64,000 bases of DNA from the human T2T-CHM13v2.0 reference genome, Homo sapiens. Below, piece after piece: positions 21,603-36,465 of this stretch. Location: the NCBI RefSeq assembly GCF_009914755.1, contig NC_060925.1; one strand, given 5' to 3'. How positions within the stretch are numbered: position 1 is the first letter of the stretch; each line of letters opens with the position of its first letter. The notes under the pieces were generated by a model. The model searched no databases. It saw only the letters and a list, made by a program, of their open reading frames with translations, and was not told the origin of the DNA. The position numbers were made by a program, and so were the translations under genes.

Positions 21603-22299
21603 GGTTGTCCCCCATTGCTGCAGTTTTTTGAGTTCCCAAACTTCAAAATTGGCTATGTATCCTCAGTGATTCCTGCTGCATGTTGTCCTCTACTATTTTG
21701 GCTCTATAAATAATGAGAAATGTGGCAAGCGCAGTGGCTCACGCCTGTCATCCCACCGCTTCGGGAGACTGAGTCCGCAGCATCGCTTGAGCCCAGGAGT
21801 TCAGGTTACAATGAGCTATGATCTTGCCACTGCACTATAGCCTGGGCGATAGAGTAGTATTTTGACTCTAAAAAACAAAAAAGAGGAAAGAAGAAAAAGT
21901 TATACAAAAATCACACATTAGATTTGTTCTTTTTTTTTTCTTTTTGAGACAGTCTCGCTCTGTCGCCGTCCAGTGGCACGATCTCGGCTCACTACAACCT
22001 CCGGGTTCAAGCGATTCTCGTGCCTCAGCCACCCGGCTAGCTGGGATTACAGGCGCGCGCCATTACTCCCGGCTAATTTATTTCGTATTTTTAGTGGAGA
22101 CGGGGTTTCGCCAAGGCGGCCAGGCTGGTCTCGAACTTCGGACTTCAGGTGATCCGTCCGACTCGGCGTCCCAGAATTCTGAGATTACAGGCGTGAGCCA
22201 CCGTGCCCGGCCTTGATTTGAATATAAAGGTTCCAACACTCCCAAACACAAGGTGACCCCATTTACAACTGGATCTTCAATAAGCGTCTGGTGATTCAA

Positions 22300-22950
22300 T
22301 TTCCGCCAATTAGAAAGAGCCCAACCAGAACACGCAGGCGCCTTAACGCTGAGGGCATAACGAAGGTAAAGAAGGCGTGGCTACTGCCCAAATCCAAGAT
22401 GGCTACCAGGAGGCCGTCAGTTCTCGGAAGTGCGGCACATCCTCACTCCTGGGAGGCTCAAAGGCTCAAACGCCATTGGCAGAATCCCCGACAGCTCATC
22501 CTCCGCCCCCTGCAGGGGGCGGTAATGACAGAGTCCTAATTTCCGGTTCCGGCAGTACCGGTAGCCCAGTCGAGATGGAGGAAGATGCGACCGGCAGACG
22601 GCATTCGCTGGGAACGACGGATAGACTGGGGGCTGCGGCCTAGAGGTCCGGGCTTGGAGTTCGCCTCAGACGCGGTGGAGCCGCCGGAGTCTGAGAAGGT
22701 AAGAAGCCGCCGGCTTGAGGTCCCTGACAACTAAGGTCTCTGAGGATCTGCACTTGTCAGGGAGGCAAAGGATGCCTGGGGTGTCAGGCTGCGGTACCAT
22801 GCAGTTTTGGGAATGAAGGACAACTGCGGTGAGGCGTCTCTTCCTGGCAGAGGATCGTGAGATTCGCTGACAGCGAAGAAGCACGGCAAGGGGCATGTTC
22901 GAAGACCCAGAGTTGGGTGTGCGGGGGCCAGGACAGAGGCTGCATAAAGG
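22300..22950 (+). promoter_or_regulatory. SLC25A44: SLC25A44 CpG-island promoter (YY1-like AAGATGGC, GAS-like TTCTCGGAA, reverse CCAAT, palindromic CTCF-like site, ETS TTCCGG x2)
   Basis: CpG-rich, motifs seen directly, immediately upstream of a first-exon donor. Confidence 0.85.
22555..22698 (+). other. SLC25A44: SLC25A44 non-coding exon 1 (5' end approximate)
   Basis: Strong donor AAG|GTAAGA at 22698/22699 within the CpG island. Confidence 0.75.
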
Positions 22951-23492
22951 GGGTGTCCCACGGAGTATCTTGAGAGGATTGTCATGTGGTGTCTGTGATG
23001 AGGGATCACGTGGGTACCTATGGAAGACCAAAGGAAAGCTGGGTGGGAATCTCACCATGTCCGAGGTAGGGAGGAGATGATCTCGAAGGAGGGTTCGGAG
23101 GCATCCCCAGGCATTCCCCTAGGGAAATGTATATTCAGTAGGACAGGTGGGCAAGCATGTACATATATTCACGTTCATGTGGTAGATAGCTCCCAGGATG
23201 CAGATGCAATAGGGAGAACAGAAGGAATGGAGGATGTTGGTCTCTATTCCCTGTTTCCAGCTGAGAAATGGGGACCCATGGGTGTCTTGTCAGGAGTTGT
23301 AGAAGATGATTTGATTTGAAAAGATCTGATTATTATAAAAGTTTGGTTCTTATTCAGCAGGTCTAGGGTGCACCCTGAAATTCTGTATTTCTAACAGGCT
23401 CCCACGTGATGTCCATGATGCCAGTCTGTGGACCACCTTGGGTGGCAAGGACTTAGAGCATCACTGTCCAGTAGAACTTTCTGTAATGATAA

Positions 23493-23759
<267 letters not shown>

Positions 23760-23844
23760 TAGCCAGGATGGTCTCGATCTCCTGACCTCGTGGTCCGCCC
23801 GCCTCGGCCTCCCAAAGTGTTGGGATTATAGGCCCGGCCTCACC

Positions 23845-24064
23845 TCAGTTCTCGGAAGGTCAGCCCATCCTCGCTCCTGGGAGGCTCAAAGGCTCAAATG
23901 CCATTGGTGGAATCGCTGACAGCTCATCCTCCGTCCCCCGCAGGGGGCGTTAATAACAGAGTCCAAATTTCCGGTTGCGGCAGTACCGGGAGCCGAGTGG
24001 ATATGGAGGAAGATGCGACCAGCGGACGGCATTCGCTGGGAACGACGGATAGTCTGGGGGTTGC
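23845..24064 (+). repeat. Ungapped 220-bp diverged duplicate of the SLC25A44 core promoter/5' exon 1 (22417-22636)
   Basis: Manual alignment gives 24 mismatches in 220 nt (about 89%) and no indels. Confidence 0.95.
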
Positions 24065-25990
24065 ATATCATATACAGCATTGATAGGCTTTATTAGCCCG
24101 ATTCAACAGACAAGGAAACTGAATTTCAGTGAAGTGACTTGGTTCCAGTCTTACACTACTGAGTAATGGAAGTGAAACTCAACATGGATCTCCTGATTGC
24201 TGGTGTTCTTTCCGTTGTATGACCTTGCCTTCTAGGTGACACTACCTTCTCTCGAGCCAGAATCTTATCCCAGAACCTAGTGAATAGTCAGTCCCATGTG
24301 AATTTTCTGGTACAAGGAGAGTAGAGGTGGAGAGGAGGAGGCATATGCCCCTGGGCCTATTTGTCCCTTTCCATTGGTAGGGTCAATAGTGAGAGCTCTG
24401 CCTCTAACATTTCACTTGATTACTTCAGGACAAAGTGCTCACTAATTCTGCGTCACCTGTTAGGTCCCTTGAGGAAGCACGTCAACATTTGTGCCTGAGC
24501 AGTGTTAAAAAGTGGAAGAAAATCCGGAATTGGAGCCATGCACATGAGGGTCTGAGAAAGAGCCCTAAAGAAGTTGGGCTGACTAAGTTGGGAGAAGGGA
24601 AGGCTGGAGGAACTTTGCATACAGGTATCTGCAAAGAGGATTTTTTCAGAGGGTAAAACAAGAAGAATGGGATTGATATTTCCGCAGGAAGTTTGGAAGT
24701 TATGTAACAGAGCAGGTTGAGATCCTACCTTTTAGGAGCAGCCTGCCCCTTTTGAAGGGGTAAAGGGAGTGGGTGCAGTGCCCTCTCTTCTGTTGTAGTG
24801 GCTTATCCCTCTAAGGCATGACCCTTGGATAGGGGTTACCTGCCTCGGAAAGTCCCCACTTCCTTGTGGGAGTTTAAAATAGATTGGCATATGTGAGAGA
24901 TGGAGACAAGGTGGGAAATCGGATCCTGTCTTAGGATTTCTCATCAGGAGATGCTGATACTTGGTGTTTCAGCTTGATAAATTGAGAAGGTGCCATGAAA
25001 CCAGGTCCTGGAACAGAATCCCTGGTTGCTCTGTCTTTTAGCTGCTCTGACCCTCTGCCCTGCAGAGCATGCATTTTGCATGTGCCTGGCAGGAGGCCCT
25101 CCTGCTTGAGCCCTGCTGTATTTGTCTGTGTTGACAACGTGACTGCCAGCCATTAAGCTTGGTCAGTCCACAGACACACTAGGAAAGCAGAGGCAGCTCT
25201 TGGTTTCTCTGGAACAGAGCTGCAAGAAGTCTCTGGGCATCTGCATGGCCAGGAGCTTATGCTTAACTGTTGAGTGACCTGCAGCCATAAGGGCATTAAT
25301 TCTGCCTTCCAGAGGTGGGAATGACTTGGCTTTAAACAGTGATTTGTGTGAGAATTCTTCAAATCCCATAAGGTAGAAGGCATGGTGGAGTAGAGGAGAA
25401 ATCTTGGCTCATATCTGCCTCTTCCATTGACCAGCTGTGTGACCTTGGGCCTGTTACTTTTAACCTACCTGACCCTCCATTTCCTCATTTATCAGAAGTG
25501 TCTAACTGTACACAAGTTAAACTGTAAGGATTACATGAGGTAGTAGTCAATCCTGGTGTTTCTCTGTATCTTCTCACTTCTCACTGGTGTTGGAAATATG
25601 ATCTTGCGACCCTAGATGGCAGCCACTCTGGGGCAGAAGAGACAGTGACCACCTTTTGAAGAGCTCAAAGGAGAATATTGCCCCACAGGGCTTAGTGGGT
25701 CCCCCAGGCTGAGGCTGGGGAGGAGGGCCACCTTTGCCTACAGCAAGTGGCATATCATTGTTCTAGGGGTTCTCTTGACGGCAGAACTTTGCCTCTAGCT
25801 CATTTTCCACAGCCTAGATTTTCCAATCTTGCCAATCCAGTTGACTTCTGTCTTCTCATTTCCAAGCCATTGTTCTCTCTCTTTCACTATCTACATGGAT
25901 TATCCTTCATTCAAACTGCTTTGTCCCGGCCGGGTGCGGTGGCTCATGCCTGTAATCCTAGCACTTTGGGAAGCCGAGGCGGGTGGATCA

Positions 25991-26308
<318 letters not shown>

Positions 26309-26921
26309 TCAAGTACTCAGTTTGCACTGCAGGTAGTCCCTATTTTAACGAAAGTTATACGGTCCAGCTCAGGGAATCCTGAAAAGCTGCCCTTGCTTCC
26401 ATGGTAATCAAAAGGCAGTTCTCATGGAATAAAAGCTACCTGAAGCCTGAGTTGGGACCTTTGGCTGGGGAAGGTGGTTGAGGACGTTCTCTGATTAGAT
26501 GCTTGGCATGAGGTTTGCTACTGGAACTGCTAGTGTAGAATGTTTCAGCCCCCTAGAGTTGTCCCTGTGATGTGGCTACCTCCTTTCTCTGGGATTTCTC
26601 TTAAAGTCTGGGGAGCCCCTGCTTCTCATTTCCTGGAATTTATCTTCCCAGTCTCCCTTTCTGGCTGAAAATTTCTAGTATCTTACAGAACAGCGGTGGG
26701 ATACACTGGAGCACATCATATTACCACTAAGTATGTCTAATAAATGATGTCCTCTGATTTGACATTTCCTAAATGTGAAGCTCCTGATTTTATACAATTT
26801 TGAAATTAGTAAGCTTGTTAGTTTTGTTTGAAATTCTAGGCATTGGATACACTTAACATGAGGGCTACATGTGCATCAACATACTCTGGTTTCCTTCCCT
26901 CTGTATCTTTTTTTTTTTTGA

Positions 26922-27083
<162 letters not shown>

Positions 27084-28298
27084 TAGAGACGGAGTCTCCC
27101 TATGTTGCCTAGGCTGACCTTGAGCTCTTGGGCTCAGGTGATCCTCCCACCTTGGCCTCCCAAAGTGTTGGGATTATAGGCGTGAGCCACTGTGTCCAGC
27201 CTTTTCCTCTGTATCTTGTATCCATTCCCCAGAGCGATACTGTGTATCCTTGAACAGACGGTTTCTTGAAGTCAGAGTCTATCTCCTCTGTCACTTCTCC
27301 CCCTTCATTATCTAAGACTGAGGTTGTGGTTTATATGCTTAGAGTTGAAAGCATGGGGTCCAACGTGTTCTGTACTCTGTAGTTCCCCAGACTCTTCAGG
27401 GAAACTACTTAGCTCTCAGGTGGTTCTTTTCTGTTTTTCTCAGAGCAAGTTATCTAATAACTGAAGAGGACTCTGCCCTTTGGCCTGTTCCTGACTTTCT
27501 AACTCCTTTTGCTGGAGGAAGGGGAGGTTGAGGGGGGTGCCCTGTGGTGTGAAAGCCCCACTTGCCCTCTCCTCTATACTTTCTTCCAATGCAGACGGGA
27601 GAAAGTATCATAAATGTAGTGACTGTGGGTCAGGGGAGCTCTGAGAGGCCAGCACAGGAAACCAGAAACAAAATGAGTCAGTTCGTAGGTGGCGATCAGA
27701 GGCACCCTGCTGAGGGTGCAAGGCCACAGGTGATGCCTCCTCAGTAGGCCCAGGAGCATCAAAACGGGAACAGTCCCTTTCAGCCTTCAGGAGCCTCCCA
27801 AATGTCACTTAGTGATGTCCCATTCACCTGCTTAAAGGCCCTGCATCCTGCCAGGTAGTTGGTTTGTCCATAGCATCCTGAGCTCTGCTTGGGTGAGCCA
27901 GACAAAAAGAATGATTCCTGGCCAGAGTAGTGATACCAGGGCCCAGACAGAGGCAGAGAGTCCGGATAGAAGATCCTGTAAGCTGGGGTAGGGAGCCGAG
28001 GAGGCCATGGAGCCAGGGGAATCATTGAAGTGAGGGACAATTTCTGGAGGAGGGAAACTGAGTAAGGAAGGCCTGGCCAAGGACCAAGAAGGGGACAGTA
28101 TCCTGATCTATGAAAGAAGACTCAAGTGGGGATTGACAGAGCCAGATTGGGTGGAGTCCAAGCTTTGGGCAGGTGAGTGTCCAGGAGATGAGGGCTGAGA
28201 ATGGGCCTTCAGAGCCCAGCCAGAAGGGGAAAGCACAAAGCTCCACCCTCCTTCTTCACATCCCTCCATACTGCTCAAATCCCAGGTCTTCAGGCACC

Positions 28299-28923
28299 AT
28301 GGAGGACAAACGCAACATCCAGATCATCGAGTGGGAACACCTGGACAAGAAGAAGTTCTACGTGTTTGGTGTGGCAATGACAATGATGATCCGTGTCAGT
28401 GTCTACCCATTCACCCTCATCCGCACCCGGTTGCAAGTTCAGAAGGGGAAGAGCCTCTACCATGGGACCTTCGATGCCTTCATCAAGATCCTGCGAGCAG
28501 ATGGTATCACTGGCCTCTACCGAGGGTTCCTGGTCAATACCTTCACCCTCATCTCTGGCCAGTGTTATGTCACCACTTATGAGCTCACCCGGAAGTTTGT
28601 AGCTGACTACAGCCAGAGTAACACAGTCAAATCACTGGTGGCTGGTGGCTCAGCCTCCCTTGTGGCCCAGAGCATCACAGTGCCCATTGATGTAGTCTCC
28701 CAGCACCTGATGATGCAACGCAAGGGTGAGAAAATGGGCCGCTTTCAGGTGCGGGGGAACCCAGAGGGACAAGGGGTAGTTGCCTTTGGCCAAACCAAGG
28801 ACATCATCAGGCAGATCCTGCAGGCTGATGGACTTCGCGGCTTCTATCGAGGCTATGTGGCTTCACTGCTTACCTATATCCCAAACAGTGCTGTCTGGTG
28901 GCCCTTCTATCACTTCTATGCAG
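28299..28923 (+). CDS. SLC25A44: SLC25A44 exon 2 coding part (MEDKRNIQIIEW...), mitochondrial carrier and BCAA transporter; exon starts at 28286
   Basis: Kozak GCACCATGG; carrier signature motifs PFTLIRTRLQ and PIDVVSQHL; donor CAG|GTAAG. Confidence 0.97.
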
Positions 28924-29339
28924 GTAAGCAGGGGCCAGGACAGTGGGGGAGGAAGGTGGGATTTCTAATGGGGCTGAGATACTGTTGCTTTGTGCATGTT
29001 AGAGTGGAGGTGAGATTTAATGGGGGAATGGGTCATTCACTCAGCAAATGTTTGAATCCAGGAGGATTTAAAGATGCATAAAACATGGTTTTTATACTTT
29101 CAAGGAGCTTCTAATGTAGTGAGGGAAGCAGACAGGTATAAAGGCTAGAACAGTGTGCAGCATATGCTCTGTGTGCTTTGGAGTCACTGGAAGGTGGGGG
29201 AGGACAAAAGCCATGGGATGTTTAGGATTTGAAGTTTAGGATGGGTAATAGTGAGCTTTTGACTTGGATGTTTTCCTCAGCATTTTTTTTTTTTTTTTTT
29301 TTTTTGAGATGGAGTCTCACTCTGTCACCTAGGCTGTAG

Positions 29340-29522
<183 letters not shown>

Positions 29523-30029
29523 TGATCTGCCCGCCTCGGCCTCCCAAAGTGCTGGGATTACAGGAGTGAGACACCAGCCCCTCAGCATTTTAAATTCAAG
29601 GTGTGATATAACCTTGAACCTCTCCACTCCTGTAATGTATCTTTGTTCATAAGACATTTTACTTTTTAAGTATTTCCTATTTCCTAGAAATGGGGTTACT
29701 GAGTCAAAGATAACATTTTTGAGGGCTTCCATAAACATACTGCCAGATTGCCTTCTCAAAGGGCAGGGTGCATTGTTGAAGAGCAGGACTTGAGTGTGCC
29801 TGCTACCCTGGGACATCCACCCACAGCTTTGAGTAACCATGAAATTCCCGTTAGGGCAGCCTATGTTTGAAGCCTCCCTAATCCCTGCTGTTGGCTCCCA
29901 ACCCTTGGTAGTGGGCATTCTGTCCCACCCCATTGGAAACTTCTGACCAAAATTTTCATGCCTTCTTAACCTGTAATGATTTTGTTTCTGTGGCTCTGTA
30001 CTTTCCTGGTGCTTCTTTTGTTTTTCTGA

Positions 30030-30160
30030 TTATTGCTTCTTTCTTCTTCTTCTTTCTGCTTTCTTCTTCTTCCTTCTTCCTCCTCCTCTTCTTCTTTTGT
30101 TTCTTCTTCCTTTTTTCTTTCTTCTTCCTTCTTTTTCTTCTTTCTTCTTCTTTTTTTGCT
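30030..30160. repeat. Degenerate (CTT)n polypyrimidine low-complexity tract in SLC25A44 intron 2
   Basis: Seen directly. Confidence 0.85.
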
Positions 30161-32081
30161 AGCTCTATTACTTCTATTTAGCACAATGTTTCCTCTGGGG
30201 TATTTGTTAAAAGTCAGGTTCCTGGACTCTACCCTGACCCTTTAATGTTAAAAAAGCTTCCCAGGAAATGTGAGCATTTTCTCTGGAGCCTGTCTTTAGC
30301 CTTCTCTCCTCACTTGACTGCATTTACAATTAGAGCTGCATTTTTCTGACGTGTCCATCATCTCTACTTCCATTCTCAGACTAGCCTGTCGAGAGTTCTG
30401 GACAGACATTCTGACTGTAGGACTTCTCCATCTACATGCATCAACTTATGTCTAAAACTTTCTTCAATTAACTAGTCTTCATCCCAAGCTGGCTCTCTTT
30501 TCTGACTTACTTTCATTGGTCAGTGGCCTTGTTATTCTTCAGTTCACTGAGACTGAAGTCTTGGGGATTGTGCTTGACTACTCCTTCTTTCTTGTCCCCA
30601 TGTCTAGTCCTGGTAACTCTAGAATTTCTCTCCCAACTTTCTCTTCATACCTGCTGCCTTCCCTGGAAACCATGCCTCTGTTACCTTCCTCCCAGACTGC
30701 TGCATCAGCTTTCTAGCTGTTCCCTCCTGAGTTCTCTTCCTTCCCGTCCATCACATACATCTCTAATGGACTGACCTTTTCAACTTGCGTTGTCATGTTC
30801 AGTGGCTTCCACTGCTTACTGAATAAAATCCAAACTCTTCAGCCTGGCTTCAGTCTCCCTTCACAGTGAAATCTCTTGCTTCTCCCCTAGGTATAGGCAG
30901 TCTGTGCTGTAGCCTGGGCAGGTAGTGCACAATTCCTCAACCATACATCACCTCTCCTACCACCGTGTTTTGTTCCTGCCACCCCTCTACCTAGATGCCT
31001 CCCAGGTTTGCTTACCCCTGGCGCAATCATGACTTACCTTAAGTGCTCCTTATTGCCTCCTCTTCCTTCCTCTCCATGTAACCCTTAAACCCAGAAGTGA
31101 TCTTTCCCCTTTTTCATCCCCATGACATTGAATCTTTCTTAAGGCAGTTATACATTTGCCTTGATGTTATTTGTGTGTGCCCTATCTCTTCTGCTATGTG
31201 GAAAGGTTCTTGGAAGGGGGAGGAAACTAACATTTATTGAATGCCCATGTGTGCCAGGGCTCTGTGTGAGGGCTTGTATATCTCATAATTCCAACCTCAC
31301 AATAACCCTGCGATGTAAGTGGTCTATAAGAACAGGGATCATGTCCGTTTCTGTTCACTATTGTACCTCCCAACACCTAGCTCAGGGTCTGGTGAAACTT
31401 AATTGCTCAGTAAATATTTTTTGAATTAATAGACTGGTTCTTGCTACTCCTTTTTGCTTAAAATCTGCCAGTGGTTCCTTACCGGCATCTAGAATAAAAT
31501 CAGTTTTCCTTTCCATGGTCTATACATCTCTATTGCTCTGACTCCTGTCTGCTTTTCCAGCCCCACCTTGTGCCACTCTGCTCTTCCTCACTGCTCTTCC
31601 CTCAGTTCCTGGTATACATCAGGCTCTGTTCTTGCCTCAAGGCCTTTGCAGATACTCTTCTCTGCCCGGACACCCTTTCCCCTGTTCTTTATGTGGTTGG
31701 CTCCTTCTCATGCTTCAGGCTTCAGCTTACATGTCACCTTTGCGAAAAGGACTTTATTCTATTGGAAAGAGGGCTCTTTCTGTTTTATATTTCAGCACCT
31801 TGTTTCCTTCTTAGTACTTGTCATAATTTGCAGTTATTTTACCCCCAACTCCCAGCTCCTTAGTTAGAATATAAATTCCATGAAGGCATCTCCCTGTCCA
31901 TGTCTCTGTTCTATGTCTGGTACTTATCATGGTGCCTGGCATCTATTATTAAGTACTCATTTATATCATTAAATACTTGTCCAGAGTCAAGCCAGTCTTA
32001 GCCAAGTGGGACTTAAACCAAGTCAGCCTGAGTTCATCTTTTGCCTGGTAGATAAGAGATTCTTAAATGTTTCTTGAATGA

Positions 32082-32336
<255 letters not shown>

Positions 32337-32387
32337 TAGTAGAGATGGGGTTTCACCGTGTTAACCAAGATGGTCTTGATCTCCTGA

Positions 32388-33118
<731 letters not shown>

Positions 33119-33384
33119 TAGTAGAGATGGGGTTTTACCATGTTGGCCAGGCTGGTCTTGAACTCCTGACCTCAGGTGATCCACCTGCCTCAGCCTTCGA
33201 AAAGTGTGAGCCACCACGCCTGGTCCAGATGCTACAGTTTAATGATTGCAAAATGCCTTTTTCTTGGGAGAAACAGGATACCAGTGAGGCTGAGCCACCA
33301 GTTCACTCTGTTTCTGTTTGTATGCTGATTCTGGGGAAGAGAGTATATAAGAACTGGGGGAGAGGTGGTTCTGGTGAGGTTTAG

Positions 33385-33774
<390 letters not shown>

Positions 33775-35575
33775 TGAGCCACCACGCCTGGCCGAGGAAA
33801 AAATTCTTAAAAGGTATGATAACTGAACTATAGAAGAGAAAACCCTAAGTGACTTACCTCTTGGATCTCATATGCTGTTCCTTCCCTTACTCATACTGCT
33901 CCAGGGTACTGGGCTTGGCTGCCCCTCGAACACTTGCTGTATGCTTGTCCTCAGGGCCCTTGCATAGGATGTTATCCCTTGCTTTGAAAGCTCTGTCTAC
34001 AGATCCATGTGGCTTGCACTGTCTCCTTCAGGTCTTTGCTCAGACTTCACCTTCTTGGAATGGGCTTTCATCCTTTATCCCTGAGAGGTCTCAGAAAATA
34101 AAAAATAAAATGGCAACCCCTTCCCTTCCACTGTTGGCCTCCCTATCTCCCTTTCCTGCTTTATTTTTATCTATAGCACATACCTGCTGACATAGCTGTG
34201 TATTTTGCTTTTTATTTGTTTATTATCTCTTCACACTAGAATATAAATTTCCTAAGCACAGGAATTTGAGGCTCTTTTATTTACTGTTAAATCCTCAGGA
34301 TCCAGGATGACCAGCTCATGGTAGTCACTCAATAAATCTTTGTTGAATAAATGAATGAACATGTTGTCTTTCACCTCCAGAGAGAGTAAAAAGAAAATTC
34401 AATTGCAGGTAGACTTCTCAGTGGTACTGGGATGGGTTAACCTGGGTACCATTCCATCTTCATTAGCATTTTGAAAGATGAATTTTCTTTCTTGATATAG
34501 GCTGGAGAAAAGTGCTTATTGTAGGATGTGACTTTCTATTTTAATATTGTTTTTATTTTTTAAAACATGCACATGTTTCAAAATTCAAAAGTTAAGAAAG
34601 GGTATGTAGTATGCAACGAAAAGGCTCCTTACCCACCTGGTTCCCTTCTGTAGAGACAGTCAGTGTCACTAGTTTTTATTTCATTTTTAATTTTTTTTTT
34701 TTTTTTTTGAGATGGAGTCTTGCTCTGTCGCCTAGGCTGGAGTGCAATGACGAGATCTCAGCTCATGCAGCCTCTGCCTCCCAGGTTCAAGTGATTCTCC
34801 TGCCTCAGCCTCCCGAATAGCTGGGATTACAGGTGTGCACCACCACGTCCGGTTAATTTTTGTATTTTTGGTAGAGACGGGGTTTCACCATGTTGGTCAG
34901 GCTAGTCTCAAATTCCTGACCTCAGGTGATCTGCCCACCTCTGCCTCCCAAAGTGCTGGGATTACAGGCGTGAGCCACCACATCCAGCTTTAATTTTTCT
35001 TTGAGACAGGGTCTTACTCTGATGCCCAGGCTGCAGTGCAGTGGCGTGATCATGGCTCACTGCAGCCTCTACTTCCAGGACTCAGGTGATCCTCCCACCT
35101 CAGCCTTCCAAGTTGCTGGGACTACAGGCCCGCACCACCATGCCCGGCTAATTTTTATATTTTTGGTAGAGGAGGGGTTTCACCATGTTGTCCAGTCTGG
35201 TTGCAAACTCCTGGGCTCAGGTGATCCACCCATCTTGGCCTCCCAAAGTGCTAGGATTACAGGCTTGAGCCACCACTGTCTGGCCATGTCACTGGTTTTT
35301 AATGTATCCTACCAGAGTTACTCAATGCATATAGAAGCAAATATTTAGTGTGTGCTTTTCTAGCCTATGAGTTGGGAGGAACAGGGCAAGAGGCATAAGG
35401 CTTTTACATCAGGAAGGATTTTCTGCCCATCAGATGAAAGGAGTCAGCAAGCAAATTTTGAAATCTCCCTCTCCAAGGAATCTTGTCCTGTTTAAATGGA
35501 CGATGTTGGCCAGGTCCAGTGGCTCCTACCTGTAATTCCAACACTTTGGGAGGCTGAGGTGGGAGAATTGCTTGA

Positions 35576-35836
<261 letters not shown>

Positions 35837-35933
35837 TAGCCAGGATGGTCTTGATCTCCTGACCTCATGATCTGCCCGCCTTGGCCTCCCAAAGTGCTGG
35901 GATTACAGGCGTGAGCCGCCGCGCCCGGCACTA

Positions 35934-36137
<204 letters not shown>

Positions 36138-36337
36138 TCACCAAGATGACTCCTGGAAAGGGCCTGAGACTTAATAGTTTTTTGAAGGAAGCAGAGAAAA
36201 TAAAAGATAGGACTTAGGTGGTGAAGGGTGGAGGGTTTGTCTGGGTTGGGAAAGCCACCTGGTAGAAGCAGCAAGCACAGTGAGGGCAGACCGGTGGTGC
36301 TTTGTGTCTTTAGCCATTGTCTTTCCCTGGATTCCAG

Positions 36338-36465
36338 AGCAGCTCTCCTACCTGTGTCCTAAGGAGTGCCCTCACATTGTCTTTCAAGCTGTCTCGGGGC
36401 CCCTGGCTGCAGCCACTGCCTCCATCCTCACCAATCCCATGGATGTCATACGAACCCGTGTGCAG
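36338..36465 (+). CDS. SLC25A44: SLC25A44 exon 3 (EQLSYLCPKECPHIVFQAVSG...PMDVIRTRVQ); alternative in-frame acceptor at 36314 adds 8 aa
   Basis: CCAG acceptor, CAG|GTAAG donor; third carrier motif PMDVIRTR. Confidence 0.95.

Noticed and set aside
28173-28298. N-terminal extension of SLC25A44 suggested by ORF 28173..29081
   Set aside because: The upstream part is intronic (acceptor at 28285), and the tail past 28923 is intron read-through.
29933-30245. Phe/Leu/Ser-rich and Lys/Glu-rich ORFs
   Set aside because: Translations of a (CTT)n low-complexity tract.
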